A stretch of DNA of 64,000 nt from Verrucomicrobiota bacterium (GCA_033762115.1 JANRLX010000022.1:1-64000); one strand, 5' to 3'; positions 9,774 through 19,265 are shown, counted from the stretch's first letter. The notes: generated by a model from the letters alone, not told the origin. A program made the numbers and translations.

Positions 9774-10373
9774 TTATTCCTTTTCCTTGCTGGGCTTTGT
9801 TTCCTCGCCGTCATCCTCCTCCTCGACTTCGACAGCGCCCACGCTGTCCACGGTTCCAAGGGTGCCGAGGCGACGCTGGCGGAGGGCGCCATCACGCTCG
9901 AGCTGGGCCTGGGCCTCAACGGTGAAGCGGGTCCAGGGGATGGCATCCAGGCGGGCCTTGGGGATCGGTTTGGAGGTCAGTTCACAAACGCCGTAGGTGT
10001 TTTTTTCAATGCGTTTGAGAGCTTCCTCGATCTCGTAAATGGCATCCTGGTCGGAGGAGAGGAGGCTGAGGGCAAAGTCACGGTCAAAATTATCGGTGCC
10101 GGAATCAGCCATATGAAGGCTGTAGCTGGCCATTTCTTCAGCGGATTCCTTGGCCAGGCCGCTCATTTGCTGGAGCAGGCGCTCGCGAAGTTCGATGAGG
10201 TTTTTGTAATATTTGGCCCATTCCGGCTTGATTTTAGCGTGCCCGTTGATTTCGTCAGAGGAAGATGAGGCACTGCCGAGAATGGATGCGGCAGTGGCTG
10301 CGCCAACGGACTTGTGCCGGACTGCCGCATTGCCGCCACCTGCTTTTTTGGGCATGTTTTTCTTGTTTGTCAC
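9774..10373 (-). CDS. TraR/DksA-family transcription factor (start may be 10355)
   Basis: Coiled coil with HMADSGTD tip; IEEALKRIEKNTYGVCELTSKPIPKARLDAIPWTRFTVEAQ. Confidence 0.9.
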   Translation of the reverse strand: MTNKKNMPKKAGGGNAAVRHKSVGAATAASILGSASSSSDEINGHAKIKPEWAKYYKNLIELRERLLQQMSGLAKESAEEMASYSLHMADSGTDNFDRDFALSLLSSDQDAIYEIEEALKRIEKNTYGVCELTSKPIPKARLDAIPWTRFTVEAQAQLERDGALRQRRLGTLGTVDSVGAVEVEEEDDGEETKPSKEKE

Positions 10374-10528
10374 AACTGCTGCTACGTTCGTTCTCGGGAG
10401 CTACTGCTGCTCGTCACTCGCCAACATTGATTCCAATTGCGAGCGGGAGACATTAACAAAGGAAATTGAAAGCGCCACAAAAATTTTAAGATTTTTAATT
10501 TAAAAGGGGGTCAATCCGGTTTCCCACC

Positions 10529-10557
10529 TTGCCGAAGAGTTTTGGCTCGGGTACTTT
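10529..10557 (+). promoter_or_regulatory. Putative sigma70 promoter of sppA (leaderless geometry)
   Basis: TTGCCG-N17-TACTTT, 7 nt before ATG 10565. Confidence 0.55.
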
Positions 10558-10564
10558 TCGCGCT

Positions 10565-11677
10565 ATGGAAAATCCGCCTCCTTTCAATTCAGGCACGCCG
10601 CCGCCGCTGCTTTCCCCTTCCCAGATGTCAGGCCGCCCCGCCCGTAGCGGACGGGGATGGATGGTGCTGGCGCTGGTGTTGATGGCTGTGCTGGCCGTGA
10701 TGTTCGCGACGAAGTTTTTTAGCGCCCTGGGCATGACCCAGGCGCGGACCGGCGGGCAAAGCGGAAGCCGGTTGCAGGAGGTTTCCGTGGATAATTTCGG
10801 GGCGGAGGACAAAATCGCCATTGTGGATGTGGATGGAATCATCACCAGCCAGGCGTGGGACCGGAGCGGGCGGAACATGGTGGACCTGATCGAGGACCAG
10901 TTGAAAATGGCGGCGAAGGATGATTCGGTGCGGGCTGTGATCCTGAAGGTGGATTCACCGGGAGGCGAGGTGATGGCATCGGATGATATTTCACGGGCGA
11001 TCCTGGATTTCCAGGACAAGCACAAGAAACCGGTGATTGCGGCAATGGGAGGGCTGGCCGCCTCGGGCGGTTATTATGTGTCCGCCCCATGCCAGTGGAT
11101 CGTGGCCAATGAACTGACATTGACCGGCAGCATCGGGGTGATCATGCACAGCCTGAATTACCGCGGGTTGATGGACAAGGTGGGTTTGCAGCCGCAGGTT
11201 TTTAAAAGCGGGCGGTTCAAGGACATGTTGAGCGGGTCAAAACGGCCCGAGGATGTGGACCCCCTGGAAAGGGAAATGATCCAGAGCATGGTGATGGAAA
11301 CCTACGGGAAATTCAAAAAGGTGGTGGAAGAGGGGCGGAAACGGGCCGCGGATAAAAACCAGGGGAAAGGACGGGGGCTGGCGCCGGATTGGGCAGAGTA
11401 TGCGGATGGCCGGGTGCTGACGGGCAAGCAGGCATATGAGCATGGTTTTGTGGACCAGCTGGGGAATTTTGAGACGGCAGTGGAATCGGCCAAACGAATC
11501 GCCGGGATTTCGGGCCGGGCGCACCTGGTGCGGTACATGGAGCCGTTTGGTTTTTCAGACCTGTTCAGCATCTGGGGGAGCAGCGAAGCGAAGACGATCA
11601 AGGTGGATGTGGGTTTGGATTTCCCGAAGATCGAAGCGGGACGGGTTTACTTTCTTTCTCCAACGCTGGTGCATTAA
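10565..11677 (+). CDS. sppA: Signal peptide peptidase SppA (36K type, S49)
   Basis: N-terminal TM; VDSPGG, AASGGYY, TGSIGV, KSGRFKD, DGRVLTGKQA. Confidence 0.95.
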   Translation: MENPPPFNSGTPPPLLSPSQMSGRPARSGRGWMVLALVLMAVLAVMFATKFFSALGMTQARTGGQSGSRLQEVSVDNFGAEDKIAIVDVDGIITSQAWDRSGRNMVDLIEDQLKMAAKDDSVRAVILKVDSPGGEVMASDDISRAILDFQDKHKKPVIAAMGGLAASGGYYVSAPCQWIVANELTLTGSIGVIMHSLNYRGLMDKVGLQPQVFKSGRFKDMLSGSKRPEDVDPLEREMIQSMVMETYGKFKKVVEEGRKRAADKNQGKGRGLAPDWAEYADGRVLTGKQAYEHGFVDQLGNFETAVESAKRIAGISGRAHLVRYMEPFGFSDLFSIWGSSEAKTIKVDVGLDFPKIEAGRVYFLSPTLVH

Positions 11678-11684
11678 TGGTCCC

Positions 11685-12815
11685 ATGAATCCAGAGAACC
11701 TCCTTTTGCTCGCGGACAGCGATCATGATGCGAACATGTTGTATGCGGTGGGAATGTTTGTTCCAGACCCGTTTATTTTCCTCCGGCTGGGTGGAAAAAA
11801 TTACGTGATCCTGAATGACCTGGAAATCGACCGCGCACGGCGGGAAGTAAAAAATTGCGAGGTGATTTCGCTGAGCAGCTGCCAGGTGAAGTACCGGAAA
11901 AAACGGGGAAAGTTGCCGAATTACGGGGAGGTGATTGCCGCGTTTTTAAAAGAGCACAAGGAAAAGCGGGTCCATGTGCCGCATAATTTTCCACTCGGCT
12001 GGGCGCGGGCGTTAAAAGACAAAGGGATCAAGATCAAGGTAAAGAAGGGGGGCTTTTTCCCGGAACGGGAGTTGAAAGCGCCTGAAGAGGTGAAAAAATT
12101 AAGCGCGGCGTTGATGATGGCGGAGGTGGGCCTGGCGGAAGGGATCCAGGCGCTTAAATCGTCAAAATCAAACAAGCGCGGGCAACTGGTCTATCGCAAT
12201 TCGGTGCTGACTTCAGAGCGGTTGCGGGCAGTGATCGACACCGCGATTATCCAGGCCGGGGGGGTGGCCAACCGCACCATTGTGGCGGGGGGGTTGCAGG
12301 CATGCGATCCGCATGAGGTGGGGCACGGGCCATTGAAAGCGAACCAGTTGATCATCCTGGACGTGTTTCCAAGGTCACAAAAGACGGGATATTTCGGAGA
12401 CATCACCCGGACGGTGGTCAAAGGCAAGGCATCTGAAGCGGCGCGCAAGCTTTACCATACTGTGGCGCGGGGGCAGGAAATTGCTTTCAAGGAAATTGCG
12501 CATGGCATCAAAGGGGCGGAGGTGCATGGGAAGGTGACGGCGTATTTTGAAGCGCAAGGTTACAAGACCGGCAAGCAGGGAGGCCGGATGCAGGGATTTT
12601 TTCATGGCACAGGGCATGGGCTTGGATTGGAAATCCATGAATCCCCGAGGATCAGCCCCACTTCGCAGGACACGTTGCAAGCTGGCCATGTCCTGACAGT
12701 GGAGCCGGGACTTTATTATCCATCCATCGGAGGGGTTCGGCTTGAGGATGTGGCTTATATCACCCCATCGGGCCCGAGGAATTTAACGAAGTTTGAGAAG
12801 GTGCTGGAGATTTAG
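11685..12815 (+). CDS. Xaa-Pro aminopeptidase (M24)
   Basis: ILDVFP, GYFGDITRT, HGTGHGLGLEIHE, TVEPGLY, GVRLED; start taken at ATG 11685 after the sppA stop. Confidence 0.92.
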   Translation: MNPENLLLLADSDHDANMLYAVGMFVPDPFIFLRLGGKNYVILNDLEIDRARREVKNCEVISLSSCQVKYRKKRGKLPNYGEVIAAFLKEHKEKRVHVPHNFPLGWARALKDKGIKIKVKKGGFFPERELKAPEEVKKLSAALMMAEVGLAEGIQALKSSKSNKRGQLVYRNSVLTSERLRAVIDTAIIQAGGVANRTIVAGGLQACDPHEVGHGPLKANQLIILDVFPRSQKTGYFGDITRTVVKGKASEAARKLYHTVARGQEIAFKEIAHGIKGAEVHGKVTAYFEAQGYKTGKQGGRMQGFFHGTGHGLGLEIHESPRISPTSQDTLQAGHVLTVEPGLYYPSIGGVRLEDVAYITPSGPRNLTKFEKVLEI

Positions 12816-12970
12816 AGATCCAGGGAGCGGCGCTGGCGCACTGTTGAAGTTCCCAGCATTTCCCGGTTGTTCCTGCACGGTGGGGGAGAAAAAGGGAAAA
12901 ATGTAACATTCGAACCCCTTCCAAAACGCAGGGGCGATGGTATGGTGCGTCACAAGATTGTCACAAAGGA

Positions 12971-13825
12971 GTGAACGCACCGGGAAAATATATTGATGTT
13001 GGAGGATTTAAGAGGCATGTGGTGTGTCAGGGGAATGGTTTTCCGGTGGTGCTGGAAGCGGGTTTGACAGCGATGTCCTCCTGCTGGGCCTGGGTTCAGG
13101 AGAACCTCGCGAAAGATCATCTGGTGCTCTCTTATGATCGTCCGGGCCTTGGATTCAGCGAAGCAAGCAGGGAGCGTCGCACGGCGCAGCAAATTGCGGT
13201 GGAGTTGCATGACTTGCTGGAAGCCCTGAATTTTCCAAGACCATTCCTGTTTGTGGGGCATTCAATGGGGGGAATCATCTCGCGGGCATTTCACAAACTT
13301 TACCCGAAGGAACTGGCAGGGGCGGTGTTGATCGACCCGGCGCATCCGGACCAATTGCATCGCGACCATGATATCAAGCGGACGCTGTTTCAATTTTTCC
13401 TTTTCCTGGTTTCGATGCATTGCCTGAGCGCGGCGCGGCTGGTGCATTGGACCGGGGATTTTGGGTTATCAGAGCAGGCGGCAGGGTTGCCGGAGGAGAA
13501 TTGCCGGCACGCGGAATATTTTTTCAGGAACAAGGGGCATTTGCGGGAAACGGTGCGGGAGGCGCGGGAATGGATGGAATCGAGGCGTTTTGTGGGAGAC
13601 CACCGTTTTGGGACGCTGCCGCTGACGGTGATCACGGCAGCCGAGAAAACAACAGGTTGCTGGGGTGAGTTGCAGAGGGAGATTGCGGCGCTTTCCTCAA
13701 GGGGGAAACAATTTGTGCTGGAGGGGAGCACGCATGTGTCGCTGCTGACTGACCGAAGATACGCGGAGAGAATTGCGGAAGAGGCGCGACGGATGGCCGG
13801 TTTTTTGGGCAGGCCGGCGGTTTGA
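12971..13825 (+). CDS. Alpha/beta-fold hydrolase
   Basis: YDRPGLGFS, GHSMGG nucleophile elbow, C-terminal His (GSTH). Confidence 0.9.
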   Translation: MNAPGKYIDVGGFKRHVVCQGNGFPVVLEAGLTAMSSCWAWVQENLAKDHLVLSYDRPGLGFSEASRERRTAQQIAVELHDLLEALNFPRPFLFVGHSMGGIISRAFHKLYPKELAGAVLIDPAHPDQLHRDHDIKRTLFQFFLFLVSMHCLSAARLVHWTGDFGLSEQAAGLPEENCRHAEYFFRNKGHLRETVREAREWMESRRFVGDHRFGTLPLTVITAAEKTTGCWGELQREIAALSSRGKQFVLEGSTHVSLLTDRRYAERIAEEARRMAGFLGRPAV

Positions 13826-13866
13826 CGATTAGCCGGGGATGACCGAACTTCCGAAGAGGAGAGGTC

Positions 13867-14913
13867 ATGGTGGATTTCAACTGGTCTGAAGCGACCAAAG
13901 GGGTTGAGGGGATGGTGAACTCGTTTGTGAGTCGCCTGCCTTATCTTTTACTGGGGCTGATCGCCTTCCTTATCATTTATTACCTGGGCAAGGTGGTCCG
14001 CCGGCTGATCCAGAAGATCACCAGACGGCATGAGCATCACAAAAATGTGGGTGTGCTGCTGGGAAGGCTGGCGCAGGGGGCGACGGTCGCGATGGCGTTG
14101 CTTGTGGCGGCGGTGATCGCGATTCCATCATTCCAGCCGGGGCAGCTGGTGCAGTTGCTGGGGATCGGGAGCGTGGCAATTGGATTTGCCTTCAGGGACA
14201 TCCTGCAAAATTTTCTGGCGGGGATTCTCCTGCTGTTAACGCAGCCGTTCCGGCTTGGGGACCAGATCAAGGTGAATGATTTTGAAGGGACGGTGGAGGA
14301 TATCCAGACGCGGGCAACGAGTATTCGCACGTACGACGGGAGGCGAATCATCATTCCCAATTCCGATTTGTTCACAGATGCAGTGACGGTGAATACGGCG
14401 TTTGACAAGCGGCGGGTGAGTTATGATGTGGGAATCGGTTACGGTGATGATCCTGAGCGGGCAAAGCAGGTGATCGTGGAGGCAATCAGAGGATTGCCGG
14501 AAGTCCTGAAAGAACCGCCACCGGAAGCGTTGGTGGTGGAGCTGGCAGCAAGCGCGGTGATGATCCGGGTGCGTTGGTGGATCTGCCCGCCAAATCGACG
14601 GGAGCTGGTGGACACGCGGGACAAGGTGTTGCTTGCGATCAAGACTGCGTTTGGCAAGGCGGGGATCGACCTGCCCTACCCCACGCAGCAGATTCTGTTT
14701 CATGATCAAACGGAGGAGACAGATGGAAATCGAAAAGCGCAGCGGGAAGGTTGGGCGGTTGGAAATGGGAGCGCCCCGAGGAGGGGAAACCTGGCGAGCG
14801 CATTGCATCGGCTGGCGGATTTGCAGGAGTCAGGGTTGAAGAAGAGAAGTGAGGATTCATGCGGCAGAGAGGGAAGCCGGGATGATGTGGAGCGAATGGA
14901 TGGGAAGAATTGA
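13867..14913 (+). CDS. mscS: Small-conductance mechanosensitive channel family protein
   Basis: Three TM helices; AIGFAFRDILQNFLAG, PFRLGDQI, GTVEDI, IIPNS. Confidence 0.92.
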   Translation: MVDFNWSEATKGVEGMVNSFVSRLPYLLLGLIAFLIIYYLGKVVRRLIQKITRRHEHHKNVGVLLGRLAQGATVAMALLVAAVIAIPSFQPGQLVQLLGIGSVAIGFAFRDILQNFLAGILLLLTQPFRLGDQIKVNDFEGTVEDIQTRATSIRTYDGRRIIIPNSDLFTDAVTVNTAFDKRRVSYDVGIGYGDDPERAKQVIVEAIRGLPEVLKEPPPEALVVELAASAVMIRVRWWICPPNRRELVDTRDKVLLAIKTAFGKAGIDLPYPTQQILFHDQTEETDGNRKAQREGWAVGNGSAPRRGNLASALHRLADLQESGLKKRSEDSCGREGSRDDVERMDGKN

Positions 14914-14917
14914 AAGC

Positions 14918-16396
14918 TTACCTGGAATCGCCGAGGTAAAAAATCCGGAGGTGTGTGCCCTCTGCATTTTTCCGGAGCCGGAAGAGGCCAAAGAGGGCTG
15001 AATGTTTGGTTTCTGCGCCGTGTTTCTCTTTTCTGTAGAGGTTCCAAAGGAGCGAGTGGCTGTTGTCGCCGGTGCGGGGGTTGTTCTCTGAACGCCAGAT
15101 GGACCAGAGGGGGGAGTAGGTTCGTTCGATGGTTTTGTTGTTGGGGAGGACTGGTTCGAGGGGGGCAAGAATCTGCAAGCGACTGTTTCCGTCATGTTCG
15201 CTGCGCCAGGTGAAGAGGGGCCAGAAATCGCGCCGATGCAGGGCGGTATTTTTGACGGTGTTGCGCTCGATCAGATCGGAGTAGAGAAAGAAAAGAATCC
15301 GGGTGCGTTCGCGATCAAGCGGGGAACTGGTGGCGCGATTGTATTTGTAAATGGGCCAGGCGTAAAAATCGCTCTGGAGAATGGGAGTTTTTGCCTTGCC
15401 GAAGAGAGGCCAGACACGGCGGGTTTTTTTGCCTGGGCCATCAGCAAAAACAACGAGGGGCCAGGGTGCGCCGGTCTCGCGATAGCCTTTTTCGCGATCG
15501 AGGGTGCGGGTGAGACCGATGGGCCAGCCGTAGCTTGTGCTTTCCCTGGAAGGAGCTTTCTGCGAGGCATAAAAGGGAAGGATGAGGAATTGGGTTCCTT
15601 CATTGGTCCCGCCAATGCCGATGCGGTTATTGAAGTAAATGGGCCAGGGGCCGAAGAATTTTTCATGGCCGAGGGATTTCTCGAGGTCGCCAAAGCGGTT
15701 GGTGATGGTGGTGACTTCCTTGACTTCCCGGCCGATGATTGGCCATGCCTGCCAGCCTTTCAGTCCGTAGCCATGCCGTTTGTGAAAGATGGGGAAGAGA
15801 TAGTTGTCCGTGGTGACGCCGCGTTTTTCGCTCTGGATGTAAAGGGGAAACAGGATGAAGAACAGTTCATCACGAAAAAGGCGGTTCTGGAGCCCCCCGT
15901 AAAAGGGGAAGAGGGCGGTGTAATTTTCCGCTGGATTTTCGGAGCGTTGCCAGAAAAAGAAGGGAAAAAGAGTGAAGCGGGACTTTTCATCGTCCTGCTG
16001 GTTTTTGCCTCCGGCGATGGCAAAGAGTTGGAAAAATTGAAAACGATATTCAGGACCGGAGGCATCGTAGGTCAAAATGGGGTAAGCGAGGTCAAATTCA
16101 GCGGTTTCCGTGGAGGTGCCGGAACGCCAGGAGAACAGAGGGGTGAGAGTGAAACCTTGTTGCAGGTCGTTGGTTTCAAAACTGAGGAGCGGACCAAGCC
16201 ATTCGGAGCGTTCACCGGGGCGAAGGGTCAATGAGAAGCGGTCCTGAAAGAATCCTGCATCGAGATCAGCAGCTGCGCTGGAAGGGAGGAAAAGGAGAGA
16301 AAAAAGAGTGAAGGAGGAGAGGAGAAAAGATTTAAAGCATTTTACGATAACGTTATCGTAATGGCTTAAATCAGCTAAAAGAAGCGTATTTGGCAT
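14918..16396 (-). CDS. Hypothetical exported/outer-membrane protein with repeated aromatic-Pro motifs (start uncertain)
   Basis: Signal-peptide-like FLLSSFTLFSLLFLPSSAAA; many LFPF/LFPL/AWPI/VWPL/FWPL units; track start 16507 overlaps the upstream gene, so ATG 16396 is used. Confidence 0.75.
   Translation of the reverse strand: MPNTLLLADLSHYDNVIVKCFKSFLLSSFTLFSLLFLPSSAAADLDAGFFQDRFSLTLRPGERSEWLGPLLSFETNDLQQGFTLTPLFSWRSGTSTETAEFDLAYPILTYDASGPEYRFQFFQLFAIAGGKNQQDDEKSRFTLFPFFFWQRSENPAENYTALFPFYGGLQNRLFRDELFFILFPLYIQSEKRGVTTDNYLFPIFHKRHGYGLKGWQAWPIIGREVKEVTTITNRFGDLEKSLGHEKFFGPWPIYFNNRIGIGGTNEGTQFLILPFYASQKAPSRESTSYGWPIGLTRTLDREKGYRETGAPWPLVVFADGPGKKTRRVWPLFGKAKTPILQSDFYAWPIYKYNRATSSPLDRERTRILFFLYSDLIERNTVKNTALHRRDFWPLFTWRSEHDGNSRLQILAPLEPVLPNNKTIERTYSPLWSIWRSENNPRTGDNSHSLLWNLYRKEKHGAETKHSALFGLFRLRKNAEGTHLRIFYLGDSR
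16342..16361. promoter_or_regulatory. Perfect 20-bp palindrome, candidate operator
   Basis: TTACGATAAC|GTTATCGTAA in an AT-rich patch, with outer arms GATTTAA/TTAAATC. Confidence 0.55.
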
Positions 16397-16460
16397 CTTT
16401 TCAGCAAGTTTTGTTTGACTTTCGTATTCCAACTTATACCTTGTCTGGCAATTGAGGTTT

Positions 16461-19205
16461 TTACCTCGGTTCCTCCCGACCCAGTGACGACAGTGCATTG
16501 TTGCCACTGGGTTTCTTCATTTTCCAGCCGTACTGGATCAAGAGAGTCAACACAGCGGGAAGAAAGGTCAAGGCGGCGAGCATACAGGTGCCGACGCCGA
16601 CGGACATGACGATTCCGAGGCTGGCAATTCCCTGGTGTTGAGCGGGAATGAGACTGCCAAATCCCGCGATGGTGGTCAGTGCGGAAATGATGACCGCTTT
16701 GCCGGTGCTTTTTGCCAGGATGCCGGGGTTTTGTTCCTCGGAGAAGCGGTTGAGGATATGGATACCGTTGGTGACGCCGATGCCGATGACCAGGGGCAGT
16801 GTCATGATGTTGGCGGGGTTGAACATAATGCCTGTGGCTCCCATGACTCCAACCATCCAGAGAGTCCCAATGAATACGGGTAGCAGTGCGAGGATGACCC
16901 AGGCAAGGCGGCGAAAATGAAAGAGGACCAAAAGGGCAATGGCGCCGAGAGCGTACCAGGCGGCTTCGACATAACTGTCCTTGAGAAGGGTGGTGTATTC
17001 GAAGAGTTGCACGGGGGTGCCGGTCACATTGGGATCGACGGTGCGGAGGTCGCGAACAAATTCCTGCTGGGGCTGGCGTTCCCAGATATTTCCCTTTGGA
17101 TATACCTGGATGAGATGCAGGCCGCTGCGGCCAATGAACCGGTTTCGCAACGCGGGTGGGAGGTCCTGGATACTTAAAGGGGCGGAATCATCCTGGGTGC
17201 GAATGGCCCTGAAGGTTTCGCGGAGATCGTTGAAAAGGGCCTGTTGATAATTGGCCAGACGGGTGGCAACGGTGACAGGGTCGCCGTTGAGGAGAGTCTG
17301 GCGAAAGGATTCGATGGCTTTGCGCATGCGTCCCAGTTCGGCCGCGAGGTCGGCGGAGTCCTGCATCTCCTCGAGGGTGGAGAGTGCGAGGCCGAGATAC
17401 CCGTGAAGGGACCAGAGGGTGCGGCTTAACTCAGCGATGACGGGCCGTTCCATATCCACAGGAGGAAAGCGGATGCTGGCAAGGTCCTGTTTGATCTGGC
17501 GGATGATTTCGAGCTTTCTGGTTTGGTTGCCGACAAGGAACTGACTCATGGAATCGACGCTGGCAACGGTGGGAAGATTGGTGAGGCGCTTTTCCAGTTC
17601 GAGGGCGTGAAGGGAATTTGTGGCAACGACAGCGGCAAAGAGGACGGATTTGGAAGCGGAAGCGATGAGTTTGTGCTCGAATTCGACGGCTGGGAGGCCG
17701 TGGGATTGCATGTTGAGCAGGTTGTAGTCGAACCGCACCTTTCGCAGTTGGGTGAGGCAGGCGATGGAAATGGCAAGAGTAATCCCGATCACGAGACCGG
17801 GGCGGTCAAGCCAGTAACGTTCGATCCGGGCACGTTTGTCTTCACGGAAGGATGCCGCGTGATCGATCTTGTTTTGCCTGCCGCGGAGGAGAAGAACGGG
17901 AAGCATGGTCATCATGGGAATGAGGCAGATCAACATGCCGCCACCGGTGATGATGCCCATTTCCTGAATGCCTTTGAAATCGGTGAGGCCCATGGCAAAG
18001 AAGGCGCCTGCGGTGGTGAAGCAGCCGGTGAAAATGCCGACGCCGGTGTTGACGATGGCTTTTTCAATTGCCTGAAATTCTGTTTGTCCCTGCTTAAGCT
18101 CCTCCTCGAAACGAGAGATGAGATGAACGCCGAAGTCAATGGCGAGGCCAATGAGGATCGGGAAAAAGGTGACGGTGAGAATGTTAAGGTGGCCGACCAC
18201 GAGAGTGGTGTAGCCCATCGTATATCCGAGGCCAACGAGGAGGGAGACGGTGGCTTTGAGAGGGCGGCCGGTCTGGTTGTAGCCAAAAATGAAGATGAAA
18301 GCGCACAGGAGGAGTGAAACGATGCTGGCAACGGTGGAATCTTTTTGGGATTGCTCCATTTCATCCTTCTCGAGGACCGGCTCCCCTGTAACGCCGACAT
18401 TGACACCGGGGACTTCGGCCTGGGTTTCAGCGACCAGTTGACGAAGACGTTCGACGGCACGGCCATTGAGTTCCGATTTACCGGTGCGGGTATTGACGAT
18501 GTAGATGCGCCCCTCGGCAAAGGTGATGTACTGCTGGGCTTCGGCTTCCGGACCGGCATCGAACAAAGCAGTGATGCCGGGGGAGGGAGAAATTCCCGGG
18601 CGAAGCATGGCGCCGGTCCCCTGCTCGATGATGCGGCGAAGAGCCGGCAGCGCCTTGACGAGTGATTCGTTCTCGCTGTTTTGCTGGCGGCTGGCAGTGC
18701 GAAACTGGTGATTCACGAGGGTGAAAAGAGAATTCAGGTTGGTGGCAGCGGCAAACTGGGCAATGAACGGTTTGTATTCGCGGAGGGTTTTTTGGAGATC
18801 GAGCAGCGTGGGTTCATCAAGAAACAGAAGCGCTTTGGGGCCGAGCATCTTGAGGTCGCCCTTGTAGAAAACCTCGGCGAAGAGTTTTGGCTCGGCTTCC
18901 AGTTTTGCACCGAGGCGTTCGACAAATTGACGATTTTTTTCCCGGTCCTCGCTTTCAACGACGGCCACGATATCATCCTGGCCGGGGAACTCCTTTTTGA
19001 ATTCGAGGAAGTTGTGGTGATATTTTTTATCAGCGCCGACGAGAGCGTTGCGGTCCGCGCTGAATTGGAGATGGGCGACGGTGTAGTAAACAGAGAGGAC
19101 AAGGAGCAGGACCTGCGGATAAAAAAGGAGCCGTGGGTAATGGTAGATGAGAAAAGCCAACCGTTTCAGGATGCGGACAGGCCAGGATTCGCGGACCGTT
19201 CCCAT
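16461..19205 (-). CDS. MMPL/RND lipid transporter, HpnN-like
   Basis: Two RND halves; TGEPVL..DE, LIGLAIDFGVHLISRFEEE, NVTGTPVQ, NPANIMTLPLVIGIGV, ALTTIAGFGSL...HQGIASLG. Confidence 0.88.
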   Translation of the reverse strand: MGTVRESWPVRILKRLAFLIYHYPRLLFYPQVLLLVLSVYYTVAHLQFSADRNALVGADKKYHHNFLEFKKEFPGQDDIVAVVESEDREKNRQFVERLGAKLEAEPKLFAEVFYKGDLKMLGPKALLFLDEPTLLDLQKTLREYKPFIAQFAAATNLNSLFTLVNHQFRTASRQQNSENESLVKALPALRRIIEQGTGAMLRPGISPSPGITALFDAGPEAEAQQYITFAEGRIYIVNTRTGKSELNGRAVERLRQLVAETQAEVPGVNVGVTGEPVLEKDEMEQSQKDSTVASIVSLLLCAFIFIFGYNQTGRPLKATVSLLVGLGYTMGYTTLVVGHLNILTVTFFPILIGLAIDFGVHLISRFEEELKQGQTEFQAIEKAIVNTGVGIFTGCFTTAGAFFAMGLTDFKGIQEMGIITGGGMLICLIPMMTMLPVLLLRGRQNKIDHAASFREDKRARIERYWLDRPGLVIGITLAISIACLTQLRKVRFDYNLLNMQSHGLPAVEFEHKLIASASKSVLFAAVVATNSLHALELEKRLTNLPTVASVDSMSQFLVGNQTRKLEIIRQIKQDLASIRFPPVDMERPVIAELSRTLWSLHGYLGLALSTLEEMQDSADLAAELGRMRKAIESFRQTLLNGDPVTVATRLANYQQALFNDLRETFRAIRTQDDSAPLSIQDLPPALRNRFIGRSGLHLIQVYPKGNIWERQPQQEFVRDLRTVDPNVTGTPVQLFEYTTLLKDSYVEAAWYALGAIALLVLFHFRRLAWVILALLPVFIGTLWMVGVMGATGIMFNPANIMTLPLVIGIGVTNGIHILNRFSEEQNPGILAKSTGKAVIISALTTIAGFGSLIPAQHQGIASLGIVMSVGVGTCMLAALTFLPAVLTLLIQYGWKMKKPSGNNALSSLGREEPR

Positions 19206-19265
19206 GGGTCAGCAACGGGGAAGCAGGAAGTGAAATGAAATCTCCGATTTCATGCAAGGTGGAGA

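Noticed and set aside
9396..10268. 290-aa plus-strand ORF
   Set aside because: Antisense shadow of rpsR, rpmG and the dksA-like gene; no recognisable motifs
11436..11684. Long N-terminal extensions in the ORF track (peptidase 11436, ligase 27902, mnmE 43325, nuoF 57443, nuoB 60664)
   Set aside because: They overlap upstream genes, the tRNA or the operator; family similarity begins at downstream ATGs
15194..16234. 346-aa plus-strand ORF (and similar long ORFs at 17523, 21909 and 45359)
   Set aside because: Antisense shadows of well-supported genes, expected at this GC content and codon bias
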